Shown here: positions 1 to 13,100 of the stretch, piece after piece
Layout of the letters: the number at the start of each line of letters is the position of its first letter
Numbering within the stretch: the stretch's first letter is position 1
Assembly: GCF_006345805.1 (NCBI RefSeq)
Contig: NW_021833782.1
Coordinates: forward strand, 1-55,820
Length of the DNA: 55,820 nucleotides
Direction of reading: 5' to 3'
Origin: Octopus sinensis
Taxonomy: Eukaryota
The notes under the pieces: model-generated
Databases searched by the model: none
What the model saw: the letters and a program-made list of their open reading frames with translations, nothing else
Told to the model about the DNA's origin: nothing
Made by a program: the position numbers and the translations under genes

Positions 1-130
1 TGTCAACAACTGCAGCAAACGCGAGCAAGCTTCAGGTGCCCTCCTTTTCAAACTATGTCCGTGGATATACACAGATGGATGTAATTAAAAAGTATCTATC
101 CTTCCCCAAACTCACATTCATCTACACATA

Positions 131-990
131 ACTCTGTCTCCCCCTATCTCTCTCCTCCCTCCCTCTTTCCTTTCTTTCTCCCTTTCTCTTTCCCTCTCTG
201 ATTCATTATAAATAATTATTATTAACAAATATTCATTAAATTAGGTCGCACTGCTTTTTTTTTTATATCAATGATTACAGAATAAAAATGTTCCTCTGCT
301 ATTTTTCTTATTCATTATTATTTTATGATTCCTTTTATACTTATAGTATGTGATTTTTTTTAAGTAACAGTAAATAGCAAAACCCTTTTACATTCTCTAA
401 GTAAATTTATTGGCACCATTACATCCGCCTTAGCGAAGGCAGAGGTATTGTTTTCAGTCGTTTTTGTTTGTTAGTCCAAAGACAAGATATCTCAAGAACC
501 GCTGGATGGATCCGGATGAAACTTTCAGGGATGTTTTGGATCGATCTGGTACCAGACAAGGATTCTGGATTCTTCTTCTTGTTTTCTTACTTAATTTTTG
601 AGAGCAGTTGGATTCATTTTAGTATCCTTGTTTGTGAGAGCAGTCAAGTTTATTTCAGATCTTCTCATTTTAAAAATCATCTCTGACTAATCGTTGAGAG
701 GACTTTGGTGTTGCCTTGGTGGAGGCTTGCGCTCTCTAAGTGCTCTTGTTGTTATTATTATTACTAGTATCATTATTCTTTCAGGATCAATGAAATATAA
801 GTATAAAAGAAATCATAAAATAATAAGAAATAACAAAAACAGTAGTGGAACATTTTTTTTTCTATATTCATTGAAATAAAAAAAAGCAGTGCGACCTAAT
901 TTAATGAATATTTGTTAATAATAATTATTTATAATGAAACAAGGAGGGAAAGAGAAAGGGAGAAAGAGAGAGAGGGAGGGAGACAGAGAG
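131..990. mobile_element. Foldback element with ~210 bp imperfect terminal inverted repeats
   Basis: Arm ~131-345 is the reverse complement of arm ~792-990. About 60 bp are near perfect (cattataaataattattattaacaaatattcattaaattaggtcgcactgctttttt vs aaaaaagcagtgcgacctaatttaatgaatatttgttaataataattatttataatg). Confidence 0.6.
419..750 (+). mobile_element. Non-autonomous Helentron/DINE-1-like (HINE-type) element nested in the foldback
   Basis: 5' hairpin ccgcctt-agcg-aaggcag, relic gttt microsatellite, and 3' end ccttggtggaggcttgcgctctctaagtgc. Architecture resembles HINE elements; assignment is by recognition only. Confidence 0.4.
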
Positions 991-1004
991 AGACAGACCT
1001 GAAC

Positions 1005-1450
1005 TCTGGGGTTGATGTAATTAACTAGCCTCCTCCCCTTAATTTCAGGCCTTGTGCCCTTACTAGAAAGGATCATTAGTATTATCATTAGGGCAGCAAG
1101 CTGGCAGAATTCGTTAGCATGCCAGGTAAAATGGTTAGCTGCAATCGGGAGTGATACAATAAGTACCAGTTGGATACTGGAGTCGATGTAATCAACTTGC
1201 CTTCTCCCTCAAAATTGCTAGCCTTGTGCCAAAATTTGAAACCATTATTAGTATCATCGTTGTTGTCATCATCATTATCAACATCATCGTTGTAATTTGA
1301 GTTCAAAAACTGCTTCACTGACTTTGCTTTTCATATCTTTTCCATGGGGGCGGGATCGATGAAATAAGTACCAGTCATGCGCCAGGGTCAATGTAATCAG
1401 CTGGCCCTCTCCCCACAAAATTTCAGGCCTTGTACCTAGAGAAGAAAGAA
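1005..1450 (+). mobile_element. SINE-B fragments (three), tail type 1
   Basis: ggggttgatgtaat...aggccttgtgcc...agaaaggat tails and a gagctggcagaatcgttagca head, separated by (att/atc)n. Confidence 0.7.
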
Positions 1451-1861
1451 TTAATATTATTATAATTGTCATTGATATTCCTTATTGTTGCTATTAAATT
1501 TAACACTTGAGTGTTTTCAGAGTGAAGCTGCCACCCTGAAACACACACATATATATACATATAAGGACACACACACACACACACATACACGTGCGCATGC
1601 ACATACACATGAGCATCTGAGCAGTCACTAATAGGTGAAACTAGTCTAGTCTAATGATCCTAGAGACATTCATGGGGTGGTTACCTCTCCTGTCAGTGTA
1701 TATATACTGTGCACTTTTTACAGCATTAAGAGTTTTTAACTCTTATTTCTTGCAGTATAGGTGCTTTGATACCCTCAGTCACAATTAGTGACGATGAAAT
1801 GTTTCCTTTATGGTATTATATTGCGTCTAGCTGTTAATATATTCTTTGTTTTTCTTCTTTA

Positions 1862-2263
1862 TTCCTTTTATTTGTTTCAGTCATTTGCCTGCGGCCATGC
1901 TGGAGTACCGCCTTTAGTCGAACAACTCGACTCCAGGACTTATTCTTTATAAGCCTAGTACTTATTCTATTGTTCTCTCTTGACGGACTGCTAAGTTACA
2001 GGAATGTAAACACACCAACATCGGTTGTCAAATGATGGTGGGGTGACAAACACAGACATACAAACATATACACACACTTGTATATATATACACACACACA
2101 ATGGGCTTCTTTCAGTTTCTGTCCACCAAATCCACTCACAAGGCTTTCGTTGGCTCGAGGCTATAGTAGAAGACACTTACCCAATGTGTCACACAGTGGG
2201 ACTGAACCCGGAACCATATGGTTGGTAAGCAAGTTACTTACCACATGGCCACTCCTGTGCCTA
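1862..2263 (-). mobile_element. SINE-A (tRNA-derived, central TA/TG linker)
   Basis: Reverse complement of the family consensus: head ggcgcaggagtggctgtgtggtaag...ggttcagtccc (A/B boxes) and tail ccagcatggccgcagtcaaatgactgaaacaagtaaaag. Confidence 0.85.
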
Positions 2264-2640
2264 TATATATGTATATAAATAAATATAGCAAAAATATCAT
2301 TATAAGCGATAATTCATTAAATGATGTCTAATGCATTGATGTAACTCATTAAACATCGTTTAATGAATTATCTCTTATAATGATATTTTTGCTGACATAT
2401 ATTCATACGAATATATGAAATTTGTAAAAATAAACGCATGATAAAAGAAATTGGAAACTTAGGGGAAAATTCCCTTAGGAGATGAAGTAATTATTTCATC
2501 TGAATAAATTGGAGCCTGGTGCAGCCATCTGGCTTGCCAGCCCTCAGTCAAACCGCCCAGCTCATGCCAGCATGGAAAGTGGCCGTTAAATGATGACAAT
2601 GATGATGAAATATAATACATATATATATATATATATATAT

Positions 2641-3057
2641 ACTCTTTTAACTCCTTTACTTGTTTCAGTCATTTGACTGTGGCCATGCTGGAGCATCACC
2701 TTTAGTCGAGCAAATCGACCCCAGGACTTATTCTTTGTAAGGCTAGTACTTATTCTATTAGTCTCTTGTGCCAAACCACTAAGTTACAGGGACGTAAACA
2801 CACCAGCATCGGTTGTCAAGCGCTGTTGGGGGGACAAACACAGACACACAAGCATATATATATATATATGCATATATATATACATATATACGACGGGCTT
2901 CTTTCAGTTTCTGCCTACCAAATCCACTCACAAGGCTTTGGTCAGCATGAGGCTATAGTAGAAGACACTTGCCCAAGGTGCCATGCAGTGGGACTGAACC
3001 TGGAACCATGTGGTTGGTAAGCAAGCTACTTGCCACATAGCCACTCCTGCGCCTATG
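2641..3057 (-). mobile_element. SINE-A
   Basis: Full-length copy of the same family. Confidence 0.85.
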
Positions 3058-3590
3058 TATACACACACACACACACACACAAACACATATATATATAATT
3101 TCTTCACCATGTTAAACTGTTAATCCTGACATATTTTTTCTCTCCTCATTTTTTGCCCTCTCATCCCTTTCTGTTGAAGAACATAGGATCAAGATGTCAA
3201 AGACATTTCCATTCCTCCTGAGCATCAAACTAATACACCTGCTTGTTGTTCCCTGACCTGTCTTTGTCTTTTGGTATCTTCACATTTGAACTCTGTATGT
3301 GTGTGTGTGTGTGTGTAGATTGCTTGAAGTGGTGTAAAGATTTTAGATATCAATAAAAAGAAGGTTGTCAAAATTCCATCGTCTGCTTTGGTTTAGTTTG
3401 TCTACAGATGGATGCCTTTCCTAAAGCCAACCACTTTACAGAGTGTACTGAGTGATTTTCATATGCCACCTTCACCAGTGCTTTTTATGTGGCACCTTCA
3501 CTAGTGCTCTCAATAATTAATAATGGTAAGGGTAATAATAATAATAATATAATAATAATAATAATAATAATTATTATTATAATAATAACA

Positions 3591-4255
3591 ATAGGCGCAG
3601 GAGTGGCTGTGTGGTAAGTAGCTTGCTAACCAGCCACATGGTTCCGGGTTCAGTCCCACTGCGTGGCATCTTGGGCAAGTGTCTTCTGCTATAGCCCCGG
3701 GCCGACCAATGCCTTGTGAGTGGATTTGGTAGACGGAAACTGAAAGAAGCCTGTCGTATATATGTATATATATATTTATGTGTGTATGTTTGTGTGTCTG
3801 TGTTTGTCCCCCTAGCATTGCTTGACAACCGATGCTGGTGTGTTTACGTCCTCGTCACTTAGCGGTTCGGCAAAAGAGACCGATAGAATAAGTACTGGGC
3901 TTACAAAGAATAAGTCCCGGGGTCGATTTGCTCGACGAAAGGCGGTGCTCCAGCATGGCCGCAGTCAAATGATTGAAACAAGTAAAAGAGTAAAGAGTAA
4001 AGAGTAAAGAGCAGCTGGCACGTAAAAAACACCATTTGAGCGTGGTTGTTACCAGTACTGCTTGACTGGCACGTAAAAGCACCCACTACACTCTCAGAGT
4101 GGTTGGCGTTAGGAAGGGCATCCAGTTGTAGAAACTCTGCCAGATCAAGTTTGGAGCCTTGTGCAGCCATCTGGTTCGCCAGTCCTCAGTCAAATCGTCC
4201 AACTCATGCTAGCATGGAAAGCAGACGTTAGACGATGATTATGATGATGATGATG
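3591..4255 (+). mobile_element. SINE-A followed by SINE-C 3' module
   Basis: Full SINE-A to ~4010, then ggcgttaggaagggcatccag...catgctagcatggaaagcagacgttagacgatgat. Confidence 0.8.
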
Positions 4256-4480
4256 AATATTTTAAAAAGGATTGACGTTACTCTTCACAAAGGTAAACAG
4301 TCAAGATAAAGGGCGCGATTCGATTGTAATAGGTATTTTATTGGTTGAACGATAATTCAACAGTAAGTCTTGTCTTTGTCAAGTTCAAAATAAGAAGGTG
4401 ATAAAAATTCGAAATTATAGAAATTTAAACGTAAAGTATGAACGAGAGCAACCTGTGCCCACACGTTGATGGAATGACAT

Positions 4481-5050
4481 TCTTTTACTCTTTTACTTGT
4501 TTCAGTCATTTGACTGTGGCCATGCTGGAGCACCACCTTTAGTCGAGCAAATCGGCCCCAGAGCTTATTCTCTGTAAGCCTAGTACTTAGTCTATCGGTT
4601 CTCTTTTGCCGAACCGCTAAGTTACGGGGACATAAACACACCAGCATCGGTTGTCAAGCAATGCTAGGGGGACAACCACACAGACACACAAACATATACA
4701 CACACATACATATATATGTGGTGTATATATATATATATATAATATTAAGGTATGTAGAAAAATACAACATGGACAAGAACGTATAACTCTTAGAAGACGA
4801 TACAATAAACACGGACAGGACATTCGAACCCTCAGTCTTCAGTCAAGAACCGGATCATCGTAGTAATTTCGGCTGATTAATCTTGAGATTACTAGATCAC
4901 GGCCACATACATATACAATGGGCTTCTTCCTGTTTTGATCGACCTGAGACTATAGTAGAAGACACTTGCTGAAGGTGCCATGCAGTGGGACTGAACCTAG
5001 GACCATGTGTTTGGTAAGCAAGCTACTTACCACACAACCACTCCTGCACC
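4481..5050 (-). mobile_element. SINE-A split in its central microsatellite by an unrelated ~160 bp insert (~4740-4900, Penelope-like by resemblance)
   Basis: Tail half ~4481-4720 and head half ~4910-5050 flank unrelated sequence inserted at (TA)n. Confidence 0.7.
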
Positions 5051-5239
5051 TGACATCATCAGTTTTTAAGTTACAATTTTATAACAGGCGAAAAGAAAAA
5101 GACAGAAAAAAGATGACAAAAAATAATAATAATAACAAGAGCACTCAGTTATACACTAGGGTCGATTAATCAACTTACCCTCTCCTCCCAAATTTCATGC
5201 CTTGTGCATTTAGTAAAAAGGATTATTATTTTTATTATT

Positions 5240-5473
5240 GTTAAGGCGGCAAGCTGGCTGAATCATTAAAACGCCAGGTAAAAAAGCTTAGCGATATTTT
5301 GTCCATCTTTACGCCGTGAGTTCAAATTCTGCCAGGGTCGACATTCCCCTTCATTCTTTCAGGGTTGATTAAATAAGTACTAGTTGAATACTGAGGTTGA
5401 TGTAATCGACTATCCCTCTGCCCTAATATTTCAGACCTTGTGCCTATAGTAGAAAGGATTATCATCATCATCA

Positions 5474-5511
<38 letters not shown>

Positions 5512-5755
5512 GTTAAGGTGGTGAGCTGGCAGAATCCCTGAAATGCCAGGCAAGAAGCTAAGTGACATTTTGTCTGTCTTTAAGTTCTGAGTTCTACCGA
5601 GGTTGGCTTTGCCCTTCATCCTTTTGGGGTCAATTAAATAAGTACCAGTTATGCACTGGGGTCAATGTAATCGACTAGTTGATGTAATCGACTATCCCTC
5701 TGCCCTAATATTTCAGACCTTGTGCCTATAGTAGAAAGGATTATCATCATCATCA

Positions 5756-5798
<43 letters not shown>

Positions 5799-6005
5799 GG
5801 TGGTGAGCTGGCAGAATCCCTGAAATGCCAGGCAAGAAGCTAAGTGACATTTTGTCTGTCTTTAAGTTCTGAGTTCTACTGAGGTTGGCTTTGCCCTTCA
5901 TCCTTTTGGGGTCAATTAAATAAGTACCAGTTATGCACTGGGGTCAATGTAATCGACTAGTTTCCTCCCCACAAATTTGAGGCCTTGTGCCTCCAGTAGG
6001 AAAGA
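5240..6005 (+). mobile_element. SINE-B copies including a 282 bp tandem duplication
   Basis: Supplied ORFs 5431-5619 and 5713-5901 are identical and 282 bp apart. Duplicated block is ~5396-5677 / 5678-5959. Confidence 0.85.
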
Positions 6006-6059
6006 TTATTTTTATTATATTATCATCATCATCATCATCATCATCATCACCATTCAATG

Positions 6060-6470
6060 GTCTTATTTTTATCACATGCTTTCACTGCACTACCGAGCAA
6101 AGCTCTGTGTGCCTTAGATGTGTGCTGTGGTTTGTTGTGATGCTCTTGTTATTGTATTGAAAGTGTTTTATGCAGGATGTGTGCGGTGCCTAGTAGTGCT
6201 ATTTTCTGTATATTATATATATATGTTAGTCCTGGTGTTTTTACTATGTATTTGTCTGAATATTTTTTTTTTATCATACCTAATGCGCCCACTATGATAG
6301 GAATTGTTTCTGTTTTTAGACTCCACATTCGAGTTACCTTTTTTCTAGATCTTTGTATTTTGAAAGTTTCTCCGTTTCTTTTAGAGAAACATTGTCATCT
6401 GTTGGTATTGATACATCAATTAGAAAGCATTTTTTTTTCTTGATGATCTCTGACAACTATATCTGGCCTG
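6060..6470 (-). mobile_element. 3' fragment of an R4/Dong-type (restriction-like endonuclease) non-LTR retrotransposon
   Basis: Minus strand reads RPDIVVRDHQEKK/CFLIDVSIPTDDNVSLKETEKLSKYKDLE/VTRMWSLKTETIPIIVGALG with frameshifts: PD...D...EK..KY..L RLE motif. Flanked by (atc/att)n. Confidence 0.8.
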
Positions 6471-6529
6471 CAGGCCTTAATTTCTCTCTCTGTATGTATT
6501 ACCATATCCCATAGTATGGTTGCTTTCTC

Positions 6530-6920
<391 letters not shown>

Positions 6921-7011
6921 CTTGATCCTATTTCATTCCAGATCGTTCTTTGTCCGAGGTTGCCTGTCACATGACCAAACTAGTTTCAGCAAGTACTAAG
7001 ACCAAAACACG

Positions 7012-7350
7012 ATGCAAGATACCAACATACCAACATTGGAACAAACAAACCAGGATGAAAATGAACCGAAATATCTTGACAGCCATGGAGAAACTTGCCT
7101 CGCAGCTACTTCGGCGCCAATTCCAACAGCAGTGTCTGCGAGCATTCCAGATCGGCTCCTTCAGGTGGAAGCTGAACTTTGTCGCAATCTGAAGACAATC
7201 GAGTTCACTGATCCTGTGGATTATGTATATAGTCCATTAGATTATGCATCTGATACCCATGCTAAGTATGTTCACAGATTTTGTAATTCTCAGAAGAATG
7301 TGCTTTTTTTAGGAATGAATCCTGGACCTTTTGGCATGGCACAGAACGGA
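7012..7350 (+). CDS. SMUG1: SMUG1 coding exon 1 (113 codons, includes motif A GMNPGPFG)
   Basis: Translation ...FTDPVDYVYSPLDYASDTHAKYVHRFCNSQKNVLFLGMNPGPFGMAQNG matches the SMUG1 (UDG family 3) N-terminal half. An in-frame stop at 6997-6999 precedes the ATG. Donor GTAAGT at 7351 (phase 0). Probable acceptor (tttcattccag) ends at 6941. Confidence 0.96.
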
Positions 7351-7389
7351 GTAAGTTTATTTTAACTTTCTGTTACCATTCATTTGTTT

Positions 7390-7775
7390 TTATAATAATA
7401 ATAATAATAATAAAAACATTGTGTACAGTGCTCAGGTGCACTACAACTCATCTAAAGTGCATATATAATCAGGTGTAGTTTCGACGGATATCGGAAAGCA
7501 TGAGGGCCTTAAAGGATGCAGTGTCATGGCAGTCAACAACTGACGCAGGCAGTTTGTTCCATGCTTCAGCAACTCTGAGCGTGAAGAAATGTTTCCGAAA
7601 GTCATGGGAGCTGTGTTGTTTTCTGACTTTGTAGGCATGTCCACGTGTGTTGGACACATGGAGATCAAAAAGGTGTTCAGTGTTGTTGTTGGTGAGGTGG
7701 TTGATAACTTTGTGGGTGTTTACCAAGTCCATCGCCAGACGCCGGAGCTTTGTCTGTTTTCCATAAGTTACCATA
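7390..7775 (-). mobile_element. CR1-type LINE 3' end
   Basis: Minus ORF 7469-7810 contains TRGHAYKVRKQHSSHDFRKHFFTLRVAEAWNKLPASVVDCHDTASFK, the CR1 ORF2 C-terminus. Ends in an (att)n tail. Confidence 0.85.
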
Positions 7776-7858
7776 GGGATTACAGCACGATTTTTTTTTT
7801 GTGAGTTCATAGTAAAAAAAAAATTTCAACCTTGATGTTGGATTAAAATTAACCTTAA

Positions 7859-8076
7859 CCCTTTCATCCCTTTATTTATTTTGAGATGCTCTGTTTTTCT
7901 TTCACTTACTTTAAATATAAGAAAAAATTTAGTAAAATAACTTAGCTATCATTCAGCTAGTGTTAGGAACATAAATTGTGACTAAATTGTGGAAGATTTT
8001 AATTCAAAACTTTTGAAAACAAGACATTTGTTCTACAGAGCCAGAGCCGGTTTCAGCCAAGTTGGTATCAAAAGGG
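7859..8076. mobile_element. piggyBac-type MITE
   Basis: TTAA|CCCTTT ... AAAGGG|TTAA (TTAA at 7855-7858 and 8077-8080). Confidence 0.7.
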
Positions 8077-8191
8077 TTAAGAGAAGCTATTTAAGAAAGA
8101 AAGAGTGATTTTATTGCTGTTGAGGTCATCTTCACCTTTCATATCTTCAACATCAATACTAATGGGACCTGTGGAAATTCCATAGAGCGTA

Positions 8192-8231
<40 letters not shown>

Positions 8232-8383
8232 CGTACATATATATATATGCATAAGACTTCGAATGACCTGTCCTCGTTTTTTTGTATCGTCTATCTGGAT
8301 GTTTTGTTGTCCCTTTTTGTATCACCCTAGTTGTCCGGATGTCTTGTGTTCTTGTCCCATTTTGTATTTTATTTTATATATAT

Positions 8384-8790
8384 AGGCGCAGGAGTGGCTG
8401 TGTGGTAAGTAGCTTGCTCACCAACCACATGGTTCCGGGTTCAGTCCCACTGCGTGGCACCTTGGGCAAGTGTCTTCTACTATAGCCTCGGGCCGACCAA
8501 AGCCTTGTGAGTGGATTTGGTAGACGGAAACTGAAAGAAGCCTGTCGTATATATATATATATATGCATGTGTGTTTGTGTGTCTGTGTTTGTCCCCCTAG
8601 CATTGCTTGACAACCGATGCTGGTGTGTTTATGTCCCCGTTACTTAGCGGTTTGGCAAAAGAGACCGATAGAATAAGTACTGGGCTTACAAAGGAATAAG
8701 TCCTGGGGTCGAGTTGATCGATTAAAGGCGGTGCTCCAGCATGGCCGCAGTCAAACGACTGAAACAAGTAAAAGAGTAAAAGAGTATATA
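8384..8790 (+). mobile_element. SINE-A
   Basis: Full-length family copy. Confidence 0.85.
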
Positions 8791-9789
8791 TATATATATA
8801 TAGCGGCATACGTACACTTTGTTCTCTCTCTCTCTCTCTCTCTAAACCTCGCTAAGATAAATATTTCAATTACCTGAAGATTGACTGTAACTCGAATTAT
8901 AAAGAATTGGACAGCCATGAAACGATCGTAGTGGTATACTCATTACCTTTTTTAATAATTTTGAAATATATTTAAAATAATATAAATTAATTAATCTTAT
9001 GTATTGGCTTAAGTTTTTCATTGTATGATTTGCCTACTAGTGGTTTTATCTCTAATTTAATATAATATATGTATATATATATATATATGCAAATTCATAG
9101 TAATCCTTATTATTAATATTGTTAATATGTATATACATACACATACACACATACACATGTATGTGTATGTGTGTGTGTGAGGGGCTTCTTTTTTTTTTTC
9201 CATCTACCAAATCCACTCGCAAGTCATTGGTCAGCCTGAGGCTATAGCAGAAGACACTTGCCCAAGGTGCCACGCAGTGGGACTGAACACGGAACCCTGT
9301 GGATGGGAAGCAACCTTCTTACCACACAGCCAGGCCTGTGCCCACCATTCATTATGCTTCTTAATTTTATTTTTAAAAACCTAAACGATGAGGCTGACAG
9401 GTTGCCACTGATTCCATGAAGGGGATGAATGACACGAGAAAGTTTGCCAACCTTCTTTCTAAGACAGCAAGGTGAGGCATGAGAGAAGATTTGACTTCTC
9501 TTTCCAGCAGCTACGAGCAAACACAGAGAGGTCACCGTGCCGGCAAGTCTTTTTGGTTTAGCAGTGTCTTTTTAAGGTTGTTACATTCCCTGTAGACTTC
9601 AAAAGCAGAACATACCAATATAGTGGTGCCACTGCTAACTGAGGCAGCTATTTTGGTAAGAACAGACTCATGTCTGTCGAGAATGGAAAAACACTTTTGG
9701 CAATTAGAAACCTTCCAGTAGTAGTAGTAGTAGTAGTAGTAGTAGTTGTTGTTGTTGTTGTTGTTGTTGTTTTTCTTTATTTACTTACT

Positions 9790-10290
9790 TCCTCTTCCAT
9801 TCTTCTTTCTTCTCCTCTTCCTCCTTCTTTTCTTCCCCTCCTCCTCCTCTCTTCCTCTTCCTTTTTCTTCTCTTCCCTTCCATTTCCTCCTCCTCCTGCT
9901 CCTCCTCCTTTCTTTTTTTCCTCCTCCTCCCCTCCTCTTCCCTTTTCTTCTTCTCTTCCTCCTCCCTCTTCCTGCTTCTCTTTCTTTTTCTTCCTTACTC
10001 TTCCTGTTTCTTCTCTTTCTTCTTTCCTTCCTCATTCTCTTTTTTCTTCTCCTCCTCCTCCTCCTCTTCCTCTCTTTGACTTTTCTCCTTCTCCTTCCCC
10101 TCTTCTTTGTCTTTTCTCCTTCTCCTCCCCCACATCTCCTCCTCCCTCTTCCACTCTTCTTTGTCTTTTCTCCTCTCCACATCTCCTCCTCCTCTTCCTC
10201 TTCCATTCTGCTTTGTCTTTTCGCCTTCTCCTCCCCACACCTCTTCCTCCTCCTTCTTCATGCCACTTCACTCCGTCCTCCCTCCCCTAA
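9790..10290. repeat. ~500 bp polypyrimidine (CT/CCT/CTT) tract
   Basis: Almost exclusively C/T on the + strand. Confidence 0.9.
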
Positions 10291-10599
10291 ATCAATAAAC
10301 TGATTTGCTCTATTCCCTTATATCCCACGGCCCTTTCCACACCACTTGCCAACAAGGTTGACTGTCAACCTTTCTATAAGGTCCTTATCTATCCCAAACC
10401 TCTTATCCAAAAGCTTGGCAGCCATTCTCCATATTTCTTCTTCTTTTCCTTTCCATGGACACTTCCCCACCTAAACCTACCCCCCCCCCGAGATCCTGGG
10501 ACATGTTAGTACCATTTTACTGTGGCTGGGTTCTTTGTTCTTTGGATGCCTTGCAGAGGACGTAGGTAGCATTCCAGGCCTTATCTTTCTTCAGGTGAG

Positions 10600-11010
10600 G
10601 GCATGGATATGTGGTTAAGCAGTTTGCTTCTCAATTGTATCACTTCAGGTTCAGTCCCACTGCATGACAACTTGAGCAAGTATGTTTCTACAGTGATCCC
10701 CAGGCCAAGGAATTGTGTGTGTGGCGGGGGTGACACACAGAAACTGAAAGAAGCCCTTTGTATAAGTATGTATGTACATAGTACCATTCGAGTGTGGTCG
10801 ATGCTAGTCATGGCCCCTGCACTGGTGGCACGTAAAATGCACCCACTACACTCTCGGAGTGGTTGGTGTTAGGAAGGGCATCCAGCTGTAGAAACCTTAC
10901 TAAATCAGATTGGGGCCTGGTGCAGCATCCTGGCTTGCCCGTCCTCAGTCAAAGCGTCCAACCCATGCCAGCATGGAAAGCGGACGTTAAATTATGATGA
11001 TGATGATATA
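10600..11010 (+). mobile_element. SINE with A-type head and C-type 3' module
   Basis: ggttcagtcccactgc head, then aggaagggcatccagctgtagaaac and caacccatgccagcatggaaagcggacgttaaa-(tga)n tail. Confidence 0.75.
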
Positions 11011-11299
11011 TGTATGTCTTTCTTTCTTTCTTTCTTTCTTTCCAAAGTAAGTATCAGTTGAGCACTAGTGTAGATGTAGTCATCTATATCCCCTCCCCCC
11101 AAATTGCTAGCCTTGTGCCAAAATTTGAAATCATTATTATTATTTTGGTTTGGCCCAAGTTCAGTCTTATTCCTAGTAGGCTTTATGCGGGTAGCGGGTT
11201 ACTACCTGTAACCTTTGGTACCCACAAGTTTTCAGCAGTTTTTCAAGTACTCAGTTTTTCAACCCTCCTCATAATCCTTGCTGTCCTTAAGAGACAGAC

Positions 11300-11391
<92 letters not shown>

Positions 11392-11628
11392 CATTATTAT
11401 TATTATTATTATTATTATTTCCAGCCTTTCAGAACAAAGAAAATATGTATCAGTTGAAAACTGGGGTTGATTTAATTGACTAATCCCTACCTCCAAAATG
11501 TGCTGGCCTTGTGCCAAAATTTGAAACCATTATTATTATTATTATAATTATTATTGTCTTTATTGAGTGAGAGAGCAGTGCAGGCCATCAAAGCGACACT
11601 GGGGTAAAATATACCCCAGTATCACTTA

Positions 11629-11670
<42 letters not shown>

Positions 11671-11756
11671 GCACAACGGGTGAAATGCTTAGCGGTATTT
11701 CGTTAGTCTTTACGATCTGAGTTCAAATTCCGCCGAGGTCAACTTTGCCTTTCATC

Positions 11757-11810
<54 letters not shown>

Positions 11811-12529
11811 GTGTGTCTCTGTGTCTGCGTTTGTGCCCCACCAGCATTTGACTGTGTTGGTGTGTTTACATCCCTGTAACTTAGAGGTTCAGCAAGAGAG
11901 ATTGATAGAATAAGTAATAGGCTTCAAAAAATTAAGTTCTAGTATCGATTTATTTGGCAGCTAGAACCCTTCAAGGCGGTGTCCCAGCATGGCCACAGTC
12001 AAATGACTGAAACAAGTAAAAGATAAAGGATAAGTATTTGGGGTGGGCGGGCTCAATGAAATTGAATAACCCCTCCCCTCAAGAAGATGATCAACCAGGA
12101 CCAGAGGTGAAGAGGAAGAAAAACAAGTGGCTCCGAATTGACCCCATCTCCATAGGGGTATTTGTGGCAATACACACCAACCCCCATCCCTTTCAATATG
12201 ATAGGAGAGGTTGGGGTGATGGTGATGGTGGGGTTGCTTAGCAACAAGGGCCATATCATGGCTCCTCACTTCTTCTCGGGGTTAACAATGCTATCACGTC
12301 TACTGAGGTGTTTGGACATGAGAGTTGAAAGCCTGGCTCAAGGGGAGGTGGGCCAGGGAAAGTTGTACAAGATCCAGCAATGAATCTTGCTTCTTCCATT
12401 AGGCACAGTCTGGCAGCAGGGAACGTTGCTATGCCAACGGACTCTTCTGTCCTCACCCCCTCCTCTTCCTCCTGGTATTGCGATGGCTGTTGCTTATTCT
12501 ACCACTCCTGCCATCACCACTACATCTGC

Positions 12530-12694
12530 TGTGGCTATTACTGCAATTACCACCACCACCACCACCACCACCACCACCACCGCCACTTCTACTACTATCA
12601 ATACCTTAGTACTGCTACAGCCAGTATTACTACTCTATTCACTACAGCTACTACCAGCACTGCCACTACTATCTCTACCGTCACCACCACTACC

Positions 12695-12726
<32 letters not shown>

Positions 12727-13100
12727 CAACACTACCACCATCACCACCACCACCACAAACACTGCCTCCACCACCACCACCACCAACTCCAACACCACCA
12801 TCAATACCACCACCATTACTACTGTCATCAATATCACCATCACCACCACAACCGCCGCCACCACTACCACCACCACCACCACCACCACCACTACCACTAC
12901 CACCACCGCCACCAACAACAATACTACCACCATCACCATCATCACCACCACCACAAACACTGCCGCCACCACTACCACCACCAACTCCAACACCACCATC
13001 AATACCACCACCACTACTACTGTCATCAATATCACCATCACCACCACAAACACTGCTGCCACCACTACTATCACCACCACCACCACCACCACCACCACTC
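12530..13100. repeat. (CAC/CAA)n compound microsatellite
   Basis: Direct inspection; source of the poly-Thr/Pro/Val ORFs. Confidence 0.9.

Noticed and set aside
3510-3828. Recurrent ORFs such as MSSNARGTNTDTQ... and MLGGQTQTHKH... across the window
   Set aside because: Translations of SINE-A copies, not a gene family.
4815-4850. Possible minus-strand hammerhead (CUGAAGA...GAAU GUC)
   Set aside because: GAAA is broken and there is no convincing stem II or stem I. A similar failure applies to the CTGAAGA at ~8875 and the CTGATGA at ~40113.
12030-12500. GC-richer stretch with short ORFs, possible extra exon or nested gene
   Set aside because: No recognisable domain or consistent splice sites, and SMUG1 exons 1 and 2 join without a gap. 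The similar stretches at ~9350-9700 and ~10290-10580 are probably old TE remnants I could not classify.
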